This document shows, piece by piece, positions 9,956-18,219 of a DNA stretch of 64,000 nt. This DNA comes from a virus (Duplodnaviria > Caudoviricetes): IMG/VR virus record IMGVR_UViG_3300010347_003561, positions 35,893-99,892 of that record; one strand, 5' to 3'. A program made the translations under genes and the position numbers. The notes beneath the pieces were generated by a model. The model worked only from the letters and a program-made list of their open reading frames with translations. It was not told the origin of the DNA and searched no databases. Within the stretch, counting starts at the first letter, position 1; each line of letters starts with the position of its first letter.

Positions 9956-10744
9956 ATGGACATACGAGAAGCGACGGAAAGGCTCGAGGCAGCCTTTCAT
10001 AAATGGATAGATTCCGACGATTTCAGGAAAATCGAGAAGTGCATGAGACTCTTCCACAACTATTCCTTCTTCAACATCGTTCTTATCCTTTTCCAGAAAC
10101 CAGACGCCACTAGAGTCGCCGGATTCAACACGTGGAAGAAACTGAACAGGTACGTGAAAAAGGGAGAGAAAGGAATAGCTATATTGGCGCCCACCACACG
10201 AAAGCGAACCGCAATCAACGACAAAGGCGATGAAGAGACAATAACATACATAAGCGGATTCAAAGCAACTTACGTCTTCGACGTCAGCCAGACCGAAGGA
10301 CAGGAATTGCCGTCCGTAAGCGAAATTCGGATAAAAGACGAATACGAAGGATTTCAAACAATCGCGCGAACCGTGAAGGATATGGGCTACGAAATACTGT
10401 TCTACGACGGAGAAAGCACCATGAAAGGCTTCACGAAGAAAGGCACCAAGGCCATCTACGTACACGAGGAAGAGACCACCGGCCAGAAGTCAAGCACGAT
10501 AGTACACGAATGGGCGCATCTCCAGCTCGGAAACGAACTGGAACGCGCCGACGAAGAGATAGTCGTACAGACCGCTTCGTACTTCATAATGGCCTCCCTC
10601 GGATTCGACACGTCCTGGTACACGGCACAGTACGTTCAGAACTGGTCGCGCAGCAAGAAATGGGCCGATGTTTCCAGACTCTTCGCCATCTCCGACAGAC
10701 TATGCAAGAAATTCCTGCAAGAATCCGAAGCGATAGCCGCATAG
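9956..10744 (+). CDS. ArdC-like ssDNA-binding protein with HExxH domain
   Basis: FHNYSFFN..LI..Q.P.AT.VAGF.TWKKL.R.VKKGEKGI.I.AP, VFDVSQTEG, VHEWAH. Confidence 0.85.
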   Translation: MDIREATERLEAAFHKWIDSDDFRKIEKCMRLFHNYSFFNIVLILFQKPDATRVAGFNTWKKLNRYVKKGEKGIAILAPTTRKRTAINDKGDEETITYISGFKATYVFDVSQTEGQELPSVSEIRIKDEYEGFQTIARTVKDMGYEILFYDGESTMKGFTKKGTKAIYVHEEETTGQKSSTIVHEWAHLQLGNELERADEEIVVQTASYFIMASLGFDTSWYTAQYVQNWSRSKKWADVSRLFAISDRLCKKFLQESEAIAA

Positions 10745-10799
10745 CATTTTTATCCCGGCAACGACACTTCACAATCGAAAAGACAAAGGAGGCTTTACA

Positions 10800-11414
10800 A
10801 TGTATATCTCAATAAGGGAAAAGAACAAGGTCACTATAACGGACGAAAACTTCACGGTTTACTGCTCGATACCGAACTACGAAAACAAGAGCAGGAAGAC
10901 GATCACCGACGAGATAAAGCTTGCGTATTCTCGCGCTAAAGCAATAGCAGACGAGAAATACGCGAAATATATAGAACTCGGCGGCAAAAGAGAATTCGCG
11001 CTGCTCGACTTCGTTATGTCCGTACTCTCAGAAGATAGGTACTGCTACCCGCCGAACATGGCCGTTTATATCGACGGCAACGAGGATAATTCCTTCCGCT
11101 CGAACGGCAGAGAACCGTACAGATTGAGAATCGCCTGCGCCGGCCATTACCTAATGTACACCATAACGGCCCTGAAGAGCGAAACGCTTTACTACGATCT
11201 CGGAACCGTCGAGAACATGATCGACATGTACATAGATCTATCGACGGGAAGAAAAGATCCGAGAGACTTCTTCAAGGTCGAAACTATCAGCTTGAAGGAG
11301 AAGAACACGGTGTACGTGAACTGTTCGCACAACCTGGACACGTTGCTTAAACTGACAGTGGATATCAACGCGTCGAATCTACCGCTCACAAGGGTCTTTG
11401 AGCAATCCGTATGA
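10800..11414 (+). CDS. hypothetical protein
   Basis: AAGGAGG RBS. Confidence 0.7.
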   Translation: MYISIREKNKVTITDENFTVYCSIPNYENKSRKTITDEIKLAYSRAKAIADEKYAKYIELGGKREFALLDFVMSVLSEDRYCYPPNMAVYIDGNEDNSFRSNGREPYRLRIACAGHYLMYTITALKSETLYYDLGTVENMIDMYIDLSTGRKDPRDFFKVETISLKEKNTVYVNCSHNLDTLLKLTVDINASNLPLTRVFEQSV

Positions 11415-12130
11415 AGAATACGAAGATAGAATGGACGGACGAAACGTGGAACCCAATATCCGGCTGCAGTAAGATAAGCGCCGGTTGCGACAACTGCTAC
11501 GCCGCAAGAATAGCCGAAAGGTTCCGCGGTACGAAGGCATACCCTGACGGTTTTGAAGTAACTATAAAACCTTCCGAGCTGTTCGGAAAGCGATGGAGAC
11601 AGCCGAAAAGCGTCTTCGTCTGCTCCATGGGGGACTTGTTTCATGAAAAAGTCCCGTACGACGTTATAGGCAAGATTTACGAAACGATGTTGGACAATCA
11701 GCACTGTACCTTCTACGTCCTCACGAAGAGGCCAGGCAAGCTGCTCCGTGCGTTAGAAAAAGGGTACGTGTCGCAAACCGGATTCATATGGCACGGCGTT
11801 TCCGTCGAAAACCAGCAGACCGCCGACACCAGGCTGAACGTGTTGACGAAGATGCGATACAGCCCGCTGTTCGTATCCATCGAGCCAATGTTAGGGCCGG
11901 TCGATTTGACACCGTGGATCTCGAAATTGAATTGGGTCATTCTAGGTGGCGAAACCGGCCCGGGCGCAAGAGCTGTCCGCGAAGAATGGATAGCCGACGT
12001 GAAAAACCTGTGCGTGGAAAACAACGTGCCGTTCTTCTTCAAGAAGTGGGGAAGCGCGGCAAAACGGAAGGACAGACTCTTCGAAGGAAAAGAGTGGAAC
12101 GAGATACCGCGAAAGGAGGATAGACCATGA
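11411..12130 (+). CDS. DUF5131 / phage Gp37-Gp68 family protein
   Basis: TKIEWTDETWNP..GC.KIS.GC.NCYA, FVCSMGDLFH, LTKRP, SIEPMLG, GGETG, PFFFKKWG. Confidence 0.92.
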   Translation: MKNTKIEWTDETWNPISGCSKISAGCDNCYAARIAERFRGTKAYPDGFEVTIKPSELFGKRWRQPKSVFVCSMGDLFHEKVPYDVIGKIYETMLDNQHCTFYVLTKRPGKLLRALEKGYVSQTGFIWHGVSVENQQTADTRLNVLTKMRYSPLFVSIEPMLGPVDLTPWISKLNWVILGGETGPGARAVREEWIADVKNLCVENNVPFFFKKWGSAAKRKDRLFEGKEWNEIPRKEDRP

Positions 12131-12462
12131 ATTACGTCGTACAGATGCGAGGCAGCACCGTAGTTCCGTTCATGGTGCCTCTCGAGACCGCCAACCTGAA
12201 ACAGGCGATACGGGATTTCAACTACATAGTTAAAGATGTCCGATCAAGAAAGACAGATGGGAAGAAAACCATCAGCCTTTACAGAACGAACCAAGATTTC
12301 GTTGATGACACTTCCGAACTCGTCCGCTCGGTCAACGTGGGCAGAGACAGGAAGGGAATGAATACAAGAGTTCACTTGATCTGGATCGGGTGTAAACCGG
12401 ACAAGCGCTACGAGTATCCGAAGGAGTACGGCGAATACTCGGATATCGGCTTCGAGGAGTAG
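12127..12462 (+). CDS. hypothetical protein
   Basis: AGGAGG RBS, ATGA overlap; directly upstream of the Ro60 gene. Confidence 0.7.
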   Translation: MNYVVQMRGSTVVPFMVPLETANLKQAIRDFNYIVKDVRSRKTDGKKTISLYRTNQDFVDDTSELVRSVNVGRDRKGMNTRVHLIWIGCKPDKRYEYPKEYGEYSDIGFEE

Positions 12463-12495
12463 TTGGTTCGTAATTTCATACAAAAAGGGAGGTAG

Positions 12496-13872
12496 TTGCC
12501 CCTCGAAGAGGGAGCTGCGAATGTGATGAGAACGAACAGAGTATCGGTTAATCCGAAAGATTTCGACACGGCACCGACCACTTACGAAGGCGGAAAGGCC
12601 GCCGTCGTCGGTGTTTACGAACAGCTCAGGAGAAGCGTGCTTGCCTGTCTCCTGTGGGAAAACACTTTCTACGAATCCGGTGTGGAGATAACCGAGAGGA
12701 TAAAGAACCTCGTCGGTTTGAACGACACCGAATCGGTTGCAGACCTCGCCGTCGAAGCGAGAAAAACGATGAACCTGCGCCATGTGCCGCTATGGCTCAT
12801 CGTGTCGATGCTGGCCGAAAAAAGGCACAGAGCCGCAGTCGGCAACCTGATTCCGCGCGTCATAAGCAGACCCGACGAGATGGGGGAGTTGCTCTCCCTC
12901 TACTGGAAGAACTCGGGCAAGGTACCGCTGGCCAACCAGTTGAAGAAGGGACTGTCGAAATGCTTCGACCTCTTCGGCGAATATTCTTTCGCCAAGAACG
13001 ATTCGAAGAAAAGCGCCGTAAGACTTCGCGACGTGATGTTCCTAACACACCCGAAGCCGAAAACCAAGGAAAAGGAAGAACTTTTCAAAAGAATAGCCAA
13101 CGACGAGATGGAGACTCCCGATACATGGGAAGTCGCACTGTCATCGGGCGCCAGCAAGAGAGAAACTTTCGAGAGGCTCATGAAGGAGAAGAAACTCGGC
13201 GCGCTCGCCTTCCTCAGAAACTTGAGAAACATGAAGGAATCCGGAGTGAGCGAGGAACTCGTGAAAGAATATTTCTCGACGGTAGATTTCTCGAAGGTCT
13301 TCCCGTTCCGCTTCATCTCGGCGGCGAATGCTGTGCCGGAATGGAAGAAATTCATAGAACCGGCCATGCTCGAGAGGGCAAGAAAGATGGAGAAACTGTC
13401 CGGAAAAACCATCGTCCTCCTCGACGTGTCGGGCTCGATGTTCAACAACGTGAGCGACAGGTCGGAACTGGACAGGATAGACATGGCCAACGGTCTCGCT
13501 ATTATCCTTCGTGAGATATGCGAGGATATCGAGATCTATACCTTTTCGGATAGAATCGCATCGGTCAAGCCGAACCGCGGCTTTGAACTGGCCCATTCTA
13601 TAAGAACATCGCAGGAACACAGAAGCACGTACCTCGGCAAGGCGATAAGCTGGCTCAACATCAACTCGCGGGCGGACAGACTCGTCATCTTGACGGACGA
13701 ACAGGCCGGCGACAACGTACCGGCACCGAAATTCGAAAAACCGTATATAATTGATGTCGCATCGTACAGGTACGGAGTTGATTACGATAACTACGTGCAT
13801 ATAAACGGTTTCTCGGAGGCCGTCGTGCTTTACCTGATCGAATACGAGAAATTTATGCGCAACGCGGGGTAG
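12496..13872 (+). CDS. rsr: Ro60/Rsr TROVE-domain RNA-binding protein with vWA domain (start may be ATG 12526)
   Basis: LWENTFYESG, RPDE, LKKGL..F..F.EY..AK, LRDVMFLTHPKP, TWEV.LS, AFLRNLRN, PFRF, vWA MIDAS DVSGSM, LTDEQ. Confidence 0.92.
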   Translation: MPLEEGAANVMRTNRVSVNPKDFDTAPTTYEGGKAAVVGVYEQLRRSVLACLLWENTFYESGVEITERIKNLVGLNDTESVADLAVEARKTMNLRHVPLWLIVSMLAEKRHRAAVGNLIPRVISRPDEMGELLSLYWKNSGKVPLANQLKKGLSKCFDLFGEYSFAKNDSKKSAVRLRDVMFLTHPKPKTKEKEELFKRIANDEMETPDTWEVALSSGASKRETFERLMKEKKLGALAFLRNLRNMKESGVSEELVKEYFSTVDFSKVFPFRFISAANAVPEWKKFIEPAMLERARKMEKLSGKTIVLLDVSGSMFNNVSDRSELDRIDMANGLAIILREICEDIEIYTFSDRIASVKPNRGFELAHSIRTSQEHRSTYLGKAISWLNINSRADRLVILTDEQAGDNVPAPKFEKPYIIDVASYRYGVDYDNYVHINGFSEAVVLYLIEYEKFMRNAG

Positions 13873-13884
13873 TAGAGTTGTTTC

Positions 13885-13953
13885 ATCAGGGTAGTGTAAG
13901 AAACGGTTACTTCATTTGTGCAGGTCCCCGTTTCAGAAATCGTTCTCCCTGAT
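13885..13953 (+). ncRNA. Y-RNA-like unit 1 (short)
   Basis: Terminal stem ATCAGGG/CCCTGAT, inner stem GAAACGG/CCGTTTC, shared GGTAGTGTA...TTACTTC...GTTCTCC motifs. Confidence 0.7.
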
Positions 13954-13963
13954 AGTTATAGAG

Positions 13964-14043
13964 AATCGGTGGTGTAGTCGCAGTTACTTCCTCCTGCGGT
14001 TGCTCGTTGGATAAAAAGATACTGTGGCGCTAGTTCCCCGATT
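13964..14043 (+). ncRNA. Y-RNA-like unit 2 (short)
   Basis: Terminal stem AATCGG/CCGATT, inner stem GTCGCAGT/ACTGTGGC, GGTGGTGTA...TTACTTC...GTTCCCC. Confidence 0.7.
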
Positions 14044-14098
14044 GCTAGTATTCGAGATCTGGATTTACGCCAACCAGAAACAAGCAAGATATACGAGA

Positions 14099-14223
14099 GA
14101 TGTGGTTGCGAAAGATACGGTTACTTCCTACTTCTTAGGAGAGACGCGGGTTCGAATCCCGTCGCATTGCGTAGTTTAGCGGCCTAAAACACTTCGTTTA
14201 CTGTATCGAATGTTCACCATATC
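14099..14223 (+). ncRNA. YrlA-like Y RNA unit 3 with permuted tRNA-like domain
   Basis: GATGTGG/CCATATC and GATACGG/CTGTATC stems enclosing T arm GCGGG-TTCGAAT-CCCGT, short closed acceptor-like hairpin CGCATTGCG, D arm GTTT-AGCGGCCTA-AAAC. Confidence 0.85.
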
Positions 14224-14237
14224 GTCGATTGCTAAAA

Positions 14238-14364
14238 TACGGTAGCGTACGAAACGGTTCCATCGAATTGTAATCGAGAGGTTGCGGGTTCGAGTCCCGC
14301 CCGGCATATTGCCGGTAGCTCAATCGGCAGAGCGCTAAAGCTCCGTTTCAAAATGTTCTCCGTA
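14238..14364 (+). ncRNA. YrlA-like Y RNA unit 4 with permuted tRNA-like domain
   Basis: TACGG/CCGTA and GAAACGG/CCGTTTC stems enclosing T arm GCGGG-TTCGAGT-CCCGC, closed acceptor CCGGCA-TAT-TGCCGG, D arm GCTC-AATCGGCA-GAGC. Confidence 0.88.
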
Positions 14365-14380
14365 CCAGGCAATTCGAAGA

Positions 14381-14415
14381 AAAGATCCCGCGCGAAAGTG
14401 CGGGGTCTTTTTTTT
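14381..14415 (+). terminator. intrinsic terminator closing the rsr-Y RNA unit
   Basis: AAGATCCCGCGC-GAAA-GTGCGGGGTCTT followed by a long T-run. Confidence 0.9.
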
Positions 14416-14457
14416 ATCACCGCTTCCACACGCCAGAATAGAAAAAAGGAGGCAGGC

Positions 14458-15330
14458 ATGAGAGCTTACAAACTGTTTTCAAAGCCAGAAAGCAAATCCC
14501 TTTACAGAAAAGGGCTCAACGAAATAGCGCCGAAAGCATCAAACGACGAAATACAATCCGGCTACTTCTGTTTCGCGCGCGAACACATCTTGAGGTTTCT
14601 CCCTTATGTGGGGCATAAACCTTACATATCCGAAGTGGAGATCCCTGCGAATGCAAACGTCATCGAGCAGCAGCACTACTTCAAAAGCGACAAAATAATC
14701 ATCAAGGGAATCAAGCCCTTCGATTGGCTCACCCTCGAGGAGCTTATAAGAGAGGGGGCCGAGTGCAAAGGCAGCACTGGAAGAGAATTGCTGATGTGGA
14801 TACTCAGCGCAGGAGACAAGAAGATGCTCGACGTCTTTGTCTCTTACTCGAACATACGTCTCTTCGAAGAGCCTTACGTGCTCTCTGCTCCTGCGAGAGT
14901 GGAGAACGCCGGCATTTTCAAATATCTCTTCGAAAAACCCATCAACTTCTCGCAGAGCTTCTTGATAGACTTCGTGAAAGAGATAATCGGGCGCAACCTA
15001 GTTCACCAGCACGAATGGCACGAAGTCTTCAAAACGATCTTTCCGAAAGTCCGTAAGCCGGACGAGATCATGAGACTGTTCGTCGAAGAGAACGAATACG
15101 ACGCAATACATTGCATACTCAACGATCACAACTACATTCCAAATCCTGAAACCCTGTTCTTTTCGTGGTTAAAAGCCTTTAAGTATCAAAATCCTGACTG
15201 GAAGGACTCCAGAAGAATATTCTACCTTTTCATCGTAAAAGTGAATGACTCTTTCTTCCCGGAAATGCTCAACTATTTTTCGGAAATAGCGCAACTGATC
15301 GAAGAAACCAAACAAGAGGAGGTTATTTAG
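14458..15330 (+). CDS. hypothetical protein, paralog family A (YK..GLN..G.F N-domain plus ankyrin-like helices)
   Basis: AGGAGG RBS; N-terminal similarity to ORFs at 17011 and 18220. Confidence 0.75.
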   Translation: MRAYKLFSKPESKSLYRKGLNEIAPKASNDEIQSGYFCFAREHILRFLPYVGHKPYISEVEIPANANVIEQQHYFKSDKIIIKGIKPFDWLTLEELIREGAECKGSTGRELLMWILSAGDKKMLDVFVSYSNIRLFEEPYVLSAPARVENAGIFKYLFEKPINFSQSFLIDFVKEIIGRNLVHQHEWHEVFKTIFPKVRKPDEIMRLFVEENEYDAIHCILNDHNYIPNPETLFFSWLKAFKYQNPDWKDSRRIFYLFIVKVNDSFFPEMLNYFSEIAQLIEETKQEEVI

Positions 15331-15331
15331 A

Positions 15332-16123
15332 ATGGGATATTCCCACTATATGTATTTCTGCCAGCCAACAAAAGAGCTTTCCGGAGAGGCCTTCTCCGTG
15401 ATAAAGGAAATAATCGAAGACTACGAGAGTAGAGGAGTCGTCGAGGTTTATAACAACGTCTTCGGAGAGAGACTGTTGAATCCCAACATCATAAACTTCA
15501 ACGGCGTTGGAAAAGATTCCTGCGAGAGCTTCTGCTACGTTGCCGGTTTGTGGAATCCTCAGTGCGGCAACGACCATAAATTACATTTCGAATACTCAAA
15601 AACCAACAGATACCCTTACGACGATTGCGTGATGGATGTCATGCTCGTTCTTTCGCACTTCGACAACACGATTTATCTTGCAAGCGACGGCATATACGAA
15701 TGGAAGCCTGCGTTCGAGAGGATCGAGAAAAAGTACGGATTCGAGCTCTCCGATCAAAAGGACATGATATACGGCGTAGAAGACTTTGATTCGTGGGAAG
15801 AGGGCGAAGATCCCAACGAGAATAGAAAACTCAAATACTTCGATGGAAGAATTTCCACACTCCCTGCAATCGAATACGAAACTCCTCGATTCAAAGCGAC
15901 TAAACATCTGCCGCTCGAAGAAAGGATGCGAATAATAAACGAGGAAACGAAAAAGATAGTCGGTCCAGACTACGAATGGGAATCGTGGATCGAAAACGGA
16001 AAAATCGAAATCAAGTTGACAAAAACACCGACAAACAACGAAGATCCAGCGAAAAAATATGAATTTGTCAGGGCTTTCGAAGCTGTGGCCTACGCGTACA
16101 CGAACGTCTGGAATGGCTATTAA
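15332..16123 (+). CDS. phage hypothetical protein
   Basis: GGAGG RBS; MGYSHY...FNG...CESF...KTNRYPYD...SDG. Confidence 0.75.
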   Translation: MGYSHYMYFCQPTKELSGEAFSVIKEIIEDYESRGVVEVYNNVFGERLLNPNIINFNGVGKDSCESFCYVAGLWNPQCGNDHKLHFEYSKTNRYPYDDCVMDVMLVLSHFDNTIYLASDGIYEWKPAFERIEKKYGFELSDQKDMIYGVEDFDSWEEGEDPNENRKLKYFDGRISTLPAIEYETPRFKATKHLPLEERMRIINEETKKIVGPDYEWESWIENGKIEIKLTKTPTNNEDPAKKYEFVRAFEAVAYAYTNVWNGY

Positions 16124-16138
16124 CTATAAGGAGGAGAC

Positions 16139-16510
16139 ATGGAGAAAATACTTTGGGTAATTATGTCAATCGAACAGTGCGAGGAATTGGAAGACTCCGT
16201 CGAAGCAAAAGCAAGCGATGTTATCAACGATGTGTTCATCGACCAGAACTTCGAAATCTTCGTCCCGTCGGAAGAATTCAGGGCGAAACTTCCAGGACTT
16301 TGCCTTGAAAAGCTCGGGTACGAACCGGTTACAGACTCCTGGAATAGCGACGATGAGAACATAAACCTTCTCGAATTGTACACGGACCAGTACGTAATCA
16401 CGCTAGACGACAGCGGCATGCCGATCGATATTGTAATAGTCGAACTCTTCGACAAAGGCGTGCCGGTAGCCGAAACCGTACCGACCGAACAGGAAGCACC
16501 GGCACAATAA
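16139..16510 (+). CDS. acidic hypothetical protein
   Basis: AGGAGG RBS. Confidence 0.7.
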   Translation: MEKILWVIMSIEQCEELEDSVEAKASDVINDVFIDQNFEIFVPSEEFRAKLPGLCLEKLGYEPVTDSWNSDDENINLLELYTDQYVITLDDSGMPIDIVIVELFDKGVPVAETVPTEQEAPAQ

Positions 16511-16564
16511 GCATACGAAAGAGGCCGTCGAAAAGGGCGACCTCTTCCTTCTAAGGAGGAAAAA

Positions 16565-17014
16565 ATGTCGTATTTCAAACTGTCGATAGAACCGGTAAAA
16601 GACGAGGAAATACTGGTGGCGCTTGCGCAAGACTGCAAGCTCACCAAAGATCTCATCTTGGCCAACAACGCCATCTATTCCAACAGGAAAATGATTCTCA
16701 ATGAACTCCTCGACAAACTCGTAGCTGAAGAAACGCTTACAGTACCGAAGGAAGGCACAATGCGCAAGCTCGACGAGTTCTTGGACCCGGCTTACTACGT
16801 CGGATTCGAGGATATCGAAGAGATACTGAAACACGTGCCGAAAGAAAAAATCGAGTCGTATTTCGGAAATCCAGAAAACGTCACAGGCTATGCGGTGAGA
16901 GAAAGAGACGGCGACTACGAGGAGATATGGCTCACCACATCGTCTCGAGGCGTTTTTTATCTTCGATTCCATGCCGCATCATGTTCAAAGACAAACAAAG
17001 GAGGCAGAGCATGA
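16565..17014 (+). CDS. hypothetical protein
   Basis: AAGGAGG RBS. Confidence 0.7.
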   Translation: MSYFKLSIEPVKDEEILVALAQDCKLTKDLILANNAIYSNRKMILNELLDKLVAEETLTVPKEGTMRKLDEFLDPAYYVGFEDIEEILKHVPKEKIESYFGNPENVTGYAVRERDGDYEEIWLTTSSRGVFYLRFHAASCSKTNKGGRA

Positions 17015-17754
17015 AACTCTACAAGTTCTTCAACGAAAATATGAAACATTACGAGCTCCAATACAGAGAAGGGCTGAACACGCTACCACCCGGCGAAGAG
17101 TTCGATCCCGACACCGGTTGCACACCTGGCGGCATCTACTTCGCGAGTGAGGAGATATTCCAGTTCATCACTTATGGACCATGGATATCCGAGATTGAAA
17201 TACCACCAAACGCAAAAGTCTCCTACGGCAATACGAAACACAAAGCCGACAAAGTGATCGTGAAGAAGTTCCGTAAATTCGACGAAGAAGTGATCGACGA
17301 ACTCGTGGCACAGGGTGCAAATACGCATAACGCCGCCGGAGGCGAACTCATAAGATGGTTCATTCGCACGAAAGATGCGAATTTGAGCAACCGCTCGCTG
17401 ATCACAGCCCTCTTCGAAGAATATCATTACGCGCTGTACACCGCCACGGTCAATTCGTCCTACAACATGCCAAAAGAAAGAGACCATTTAACTAACATTA
17501 TCAACCATCTGCTCAATCCGCCAAACTACAAAGTGATGACCTTCCTAAGCAGACTGATGTGCGAAGAGGCGCTTTGCAATTACAAGAACTTCACTAACAT
17601 GTTCATGGCCTTCGTTCAACACCTTGACAAGCAGTCCATAAGGGAAATCTACGGACTCGCCGTCAAAAACCGCAAACACGCCTTCGTAAAAGCAATGTGG
17701 AATAAGTACAAGCACGAATTCATGTCCGGCGATCGAGATGAAAAGAATGACTGA
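17011..17754 (+). CDS. hypothetical protein, paralog family A
   Basis: MKLYKFFNENMKHYELQYREGLN...GGIYF...YGPWISEIEIP...KADKVIV. Confidence 0.8.
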   Translation: MKLYKFFNENMKHYELQYREGLNTLPPGEEFDPDTGCTPGGIYFASEEIFQFITYGPWISEIEIPPNAKVSYGNTKHKADKVIVKKFRKFDEEVIDELVAQGANTHNAAGGELIRWFIRTKDANLSNRSLITALFEEYHYALYTATVNSSYNMPKERDHLTNIINHLLNPPNYKVMTFLSRLMCEEALCNYKNFTNMFMAFVQHLDKQSIREIYGLAVKNRKHAFVKAMWNKYKHEFMSGDRDEKND

Positions 17755-17923
17755 TTCGGAAAGGCAAAAATTGAGGTACTGGCGAAAGAAAAACGCCGGC
17801 GTATGCCCGAAATGCGGTAGTGGAATACCGGATAACAAATACACTTATTGCCAAGCGTGTCTGAGCGAACAAGCCCTTAGAAGGAAAAGCTGCAGGCACG
17901 AAAACTCGTCTCTGCGGCATTAA
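17738..17923 (+). CDS. small zinc-finger protein
   Basis: CPKCG...YCQAC. Confidence 0.6.
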   Translation: MKRMTDSERQKLRYWRKKNAGVCPKCGSGIPDNKYTYCQACLSEQALRRKSCRHENSSLRH

Positions 17924-17936
17924 AAAGGAGGTTGTC

Positions 17937-18197
17937 ATGAGGGAAAGAGAACTGGAATTGCTTAAGAAACAGTTCAAAAGCATGCTACCGGATATAGAAG
18001 AAGACTTAGTGAAAAGGGCAAAAGAGCTTCTCATGACCGGCTGCATCTCGGAAAAGGAATACAAGGAGTACCTTGGCGACGGAGACAAGTTCGTGCTCGC
18101 CAAGGCGATAATTTCCGCCTTTTTCGACGATAAACCGTATTATCCGCCGTCGAACCACAAGTCGTTGACCCTGTTCAAGCGACTCTCGAAGTTTTAA
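17937..18197 (+). CDS. hypothetical protein
   Basis: AGGAGGT RBS. Confidence 0.7.
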   Translation: MRERELELLKKQFKSMLPDIEEDLVKRAKELLMTGCISEKEYKEYLGDGDKFVLAKAIISAFFDDKPYYPPSNHKSLTLFKRLSKF

Positions 18198-18219
18198 TTC
18201 GGAAAGGATTAGTTAAATT

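Noticed and set aside
12654-13800. Long alternative-frame and antisense ORFs over Ro60, and similar ones over nrdD, recD2 and cca
   Set aside because: Shadow ORFs from codon bias: no RBS, Arg/Ser-rich or otherwise biased composition, and they overlap well-supported genes.
14044-14098. Fifth Y-RNA unit in the spacer between units 2 and 3
   Set aside because: Only short possible pairings (CTGG/CCAG, TTGCT/AGCAA); the TTACTTC and GTTCNCC scaffold motifs are missing.
13885-14364. CRISPR array or ordinary tRNA cluster
   Set aside because: The repeats are not identical and are conserved by pairing rather than sequence, and no cas operon is adjacent. The tRNA arms are in permuted order with a sealed acceptor and no CCA, so they are not canonical tRNAs.
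14353-14457. N-terminal extension of ORF 14353-15330 given in the ORF track
   Set aside because: It overlaps the Y RNA end and terminator; the AGGAGG RBS and paralog alignment support a start at 14458.
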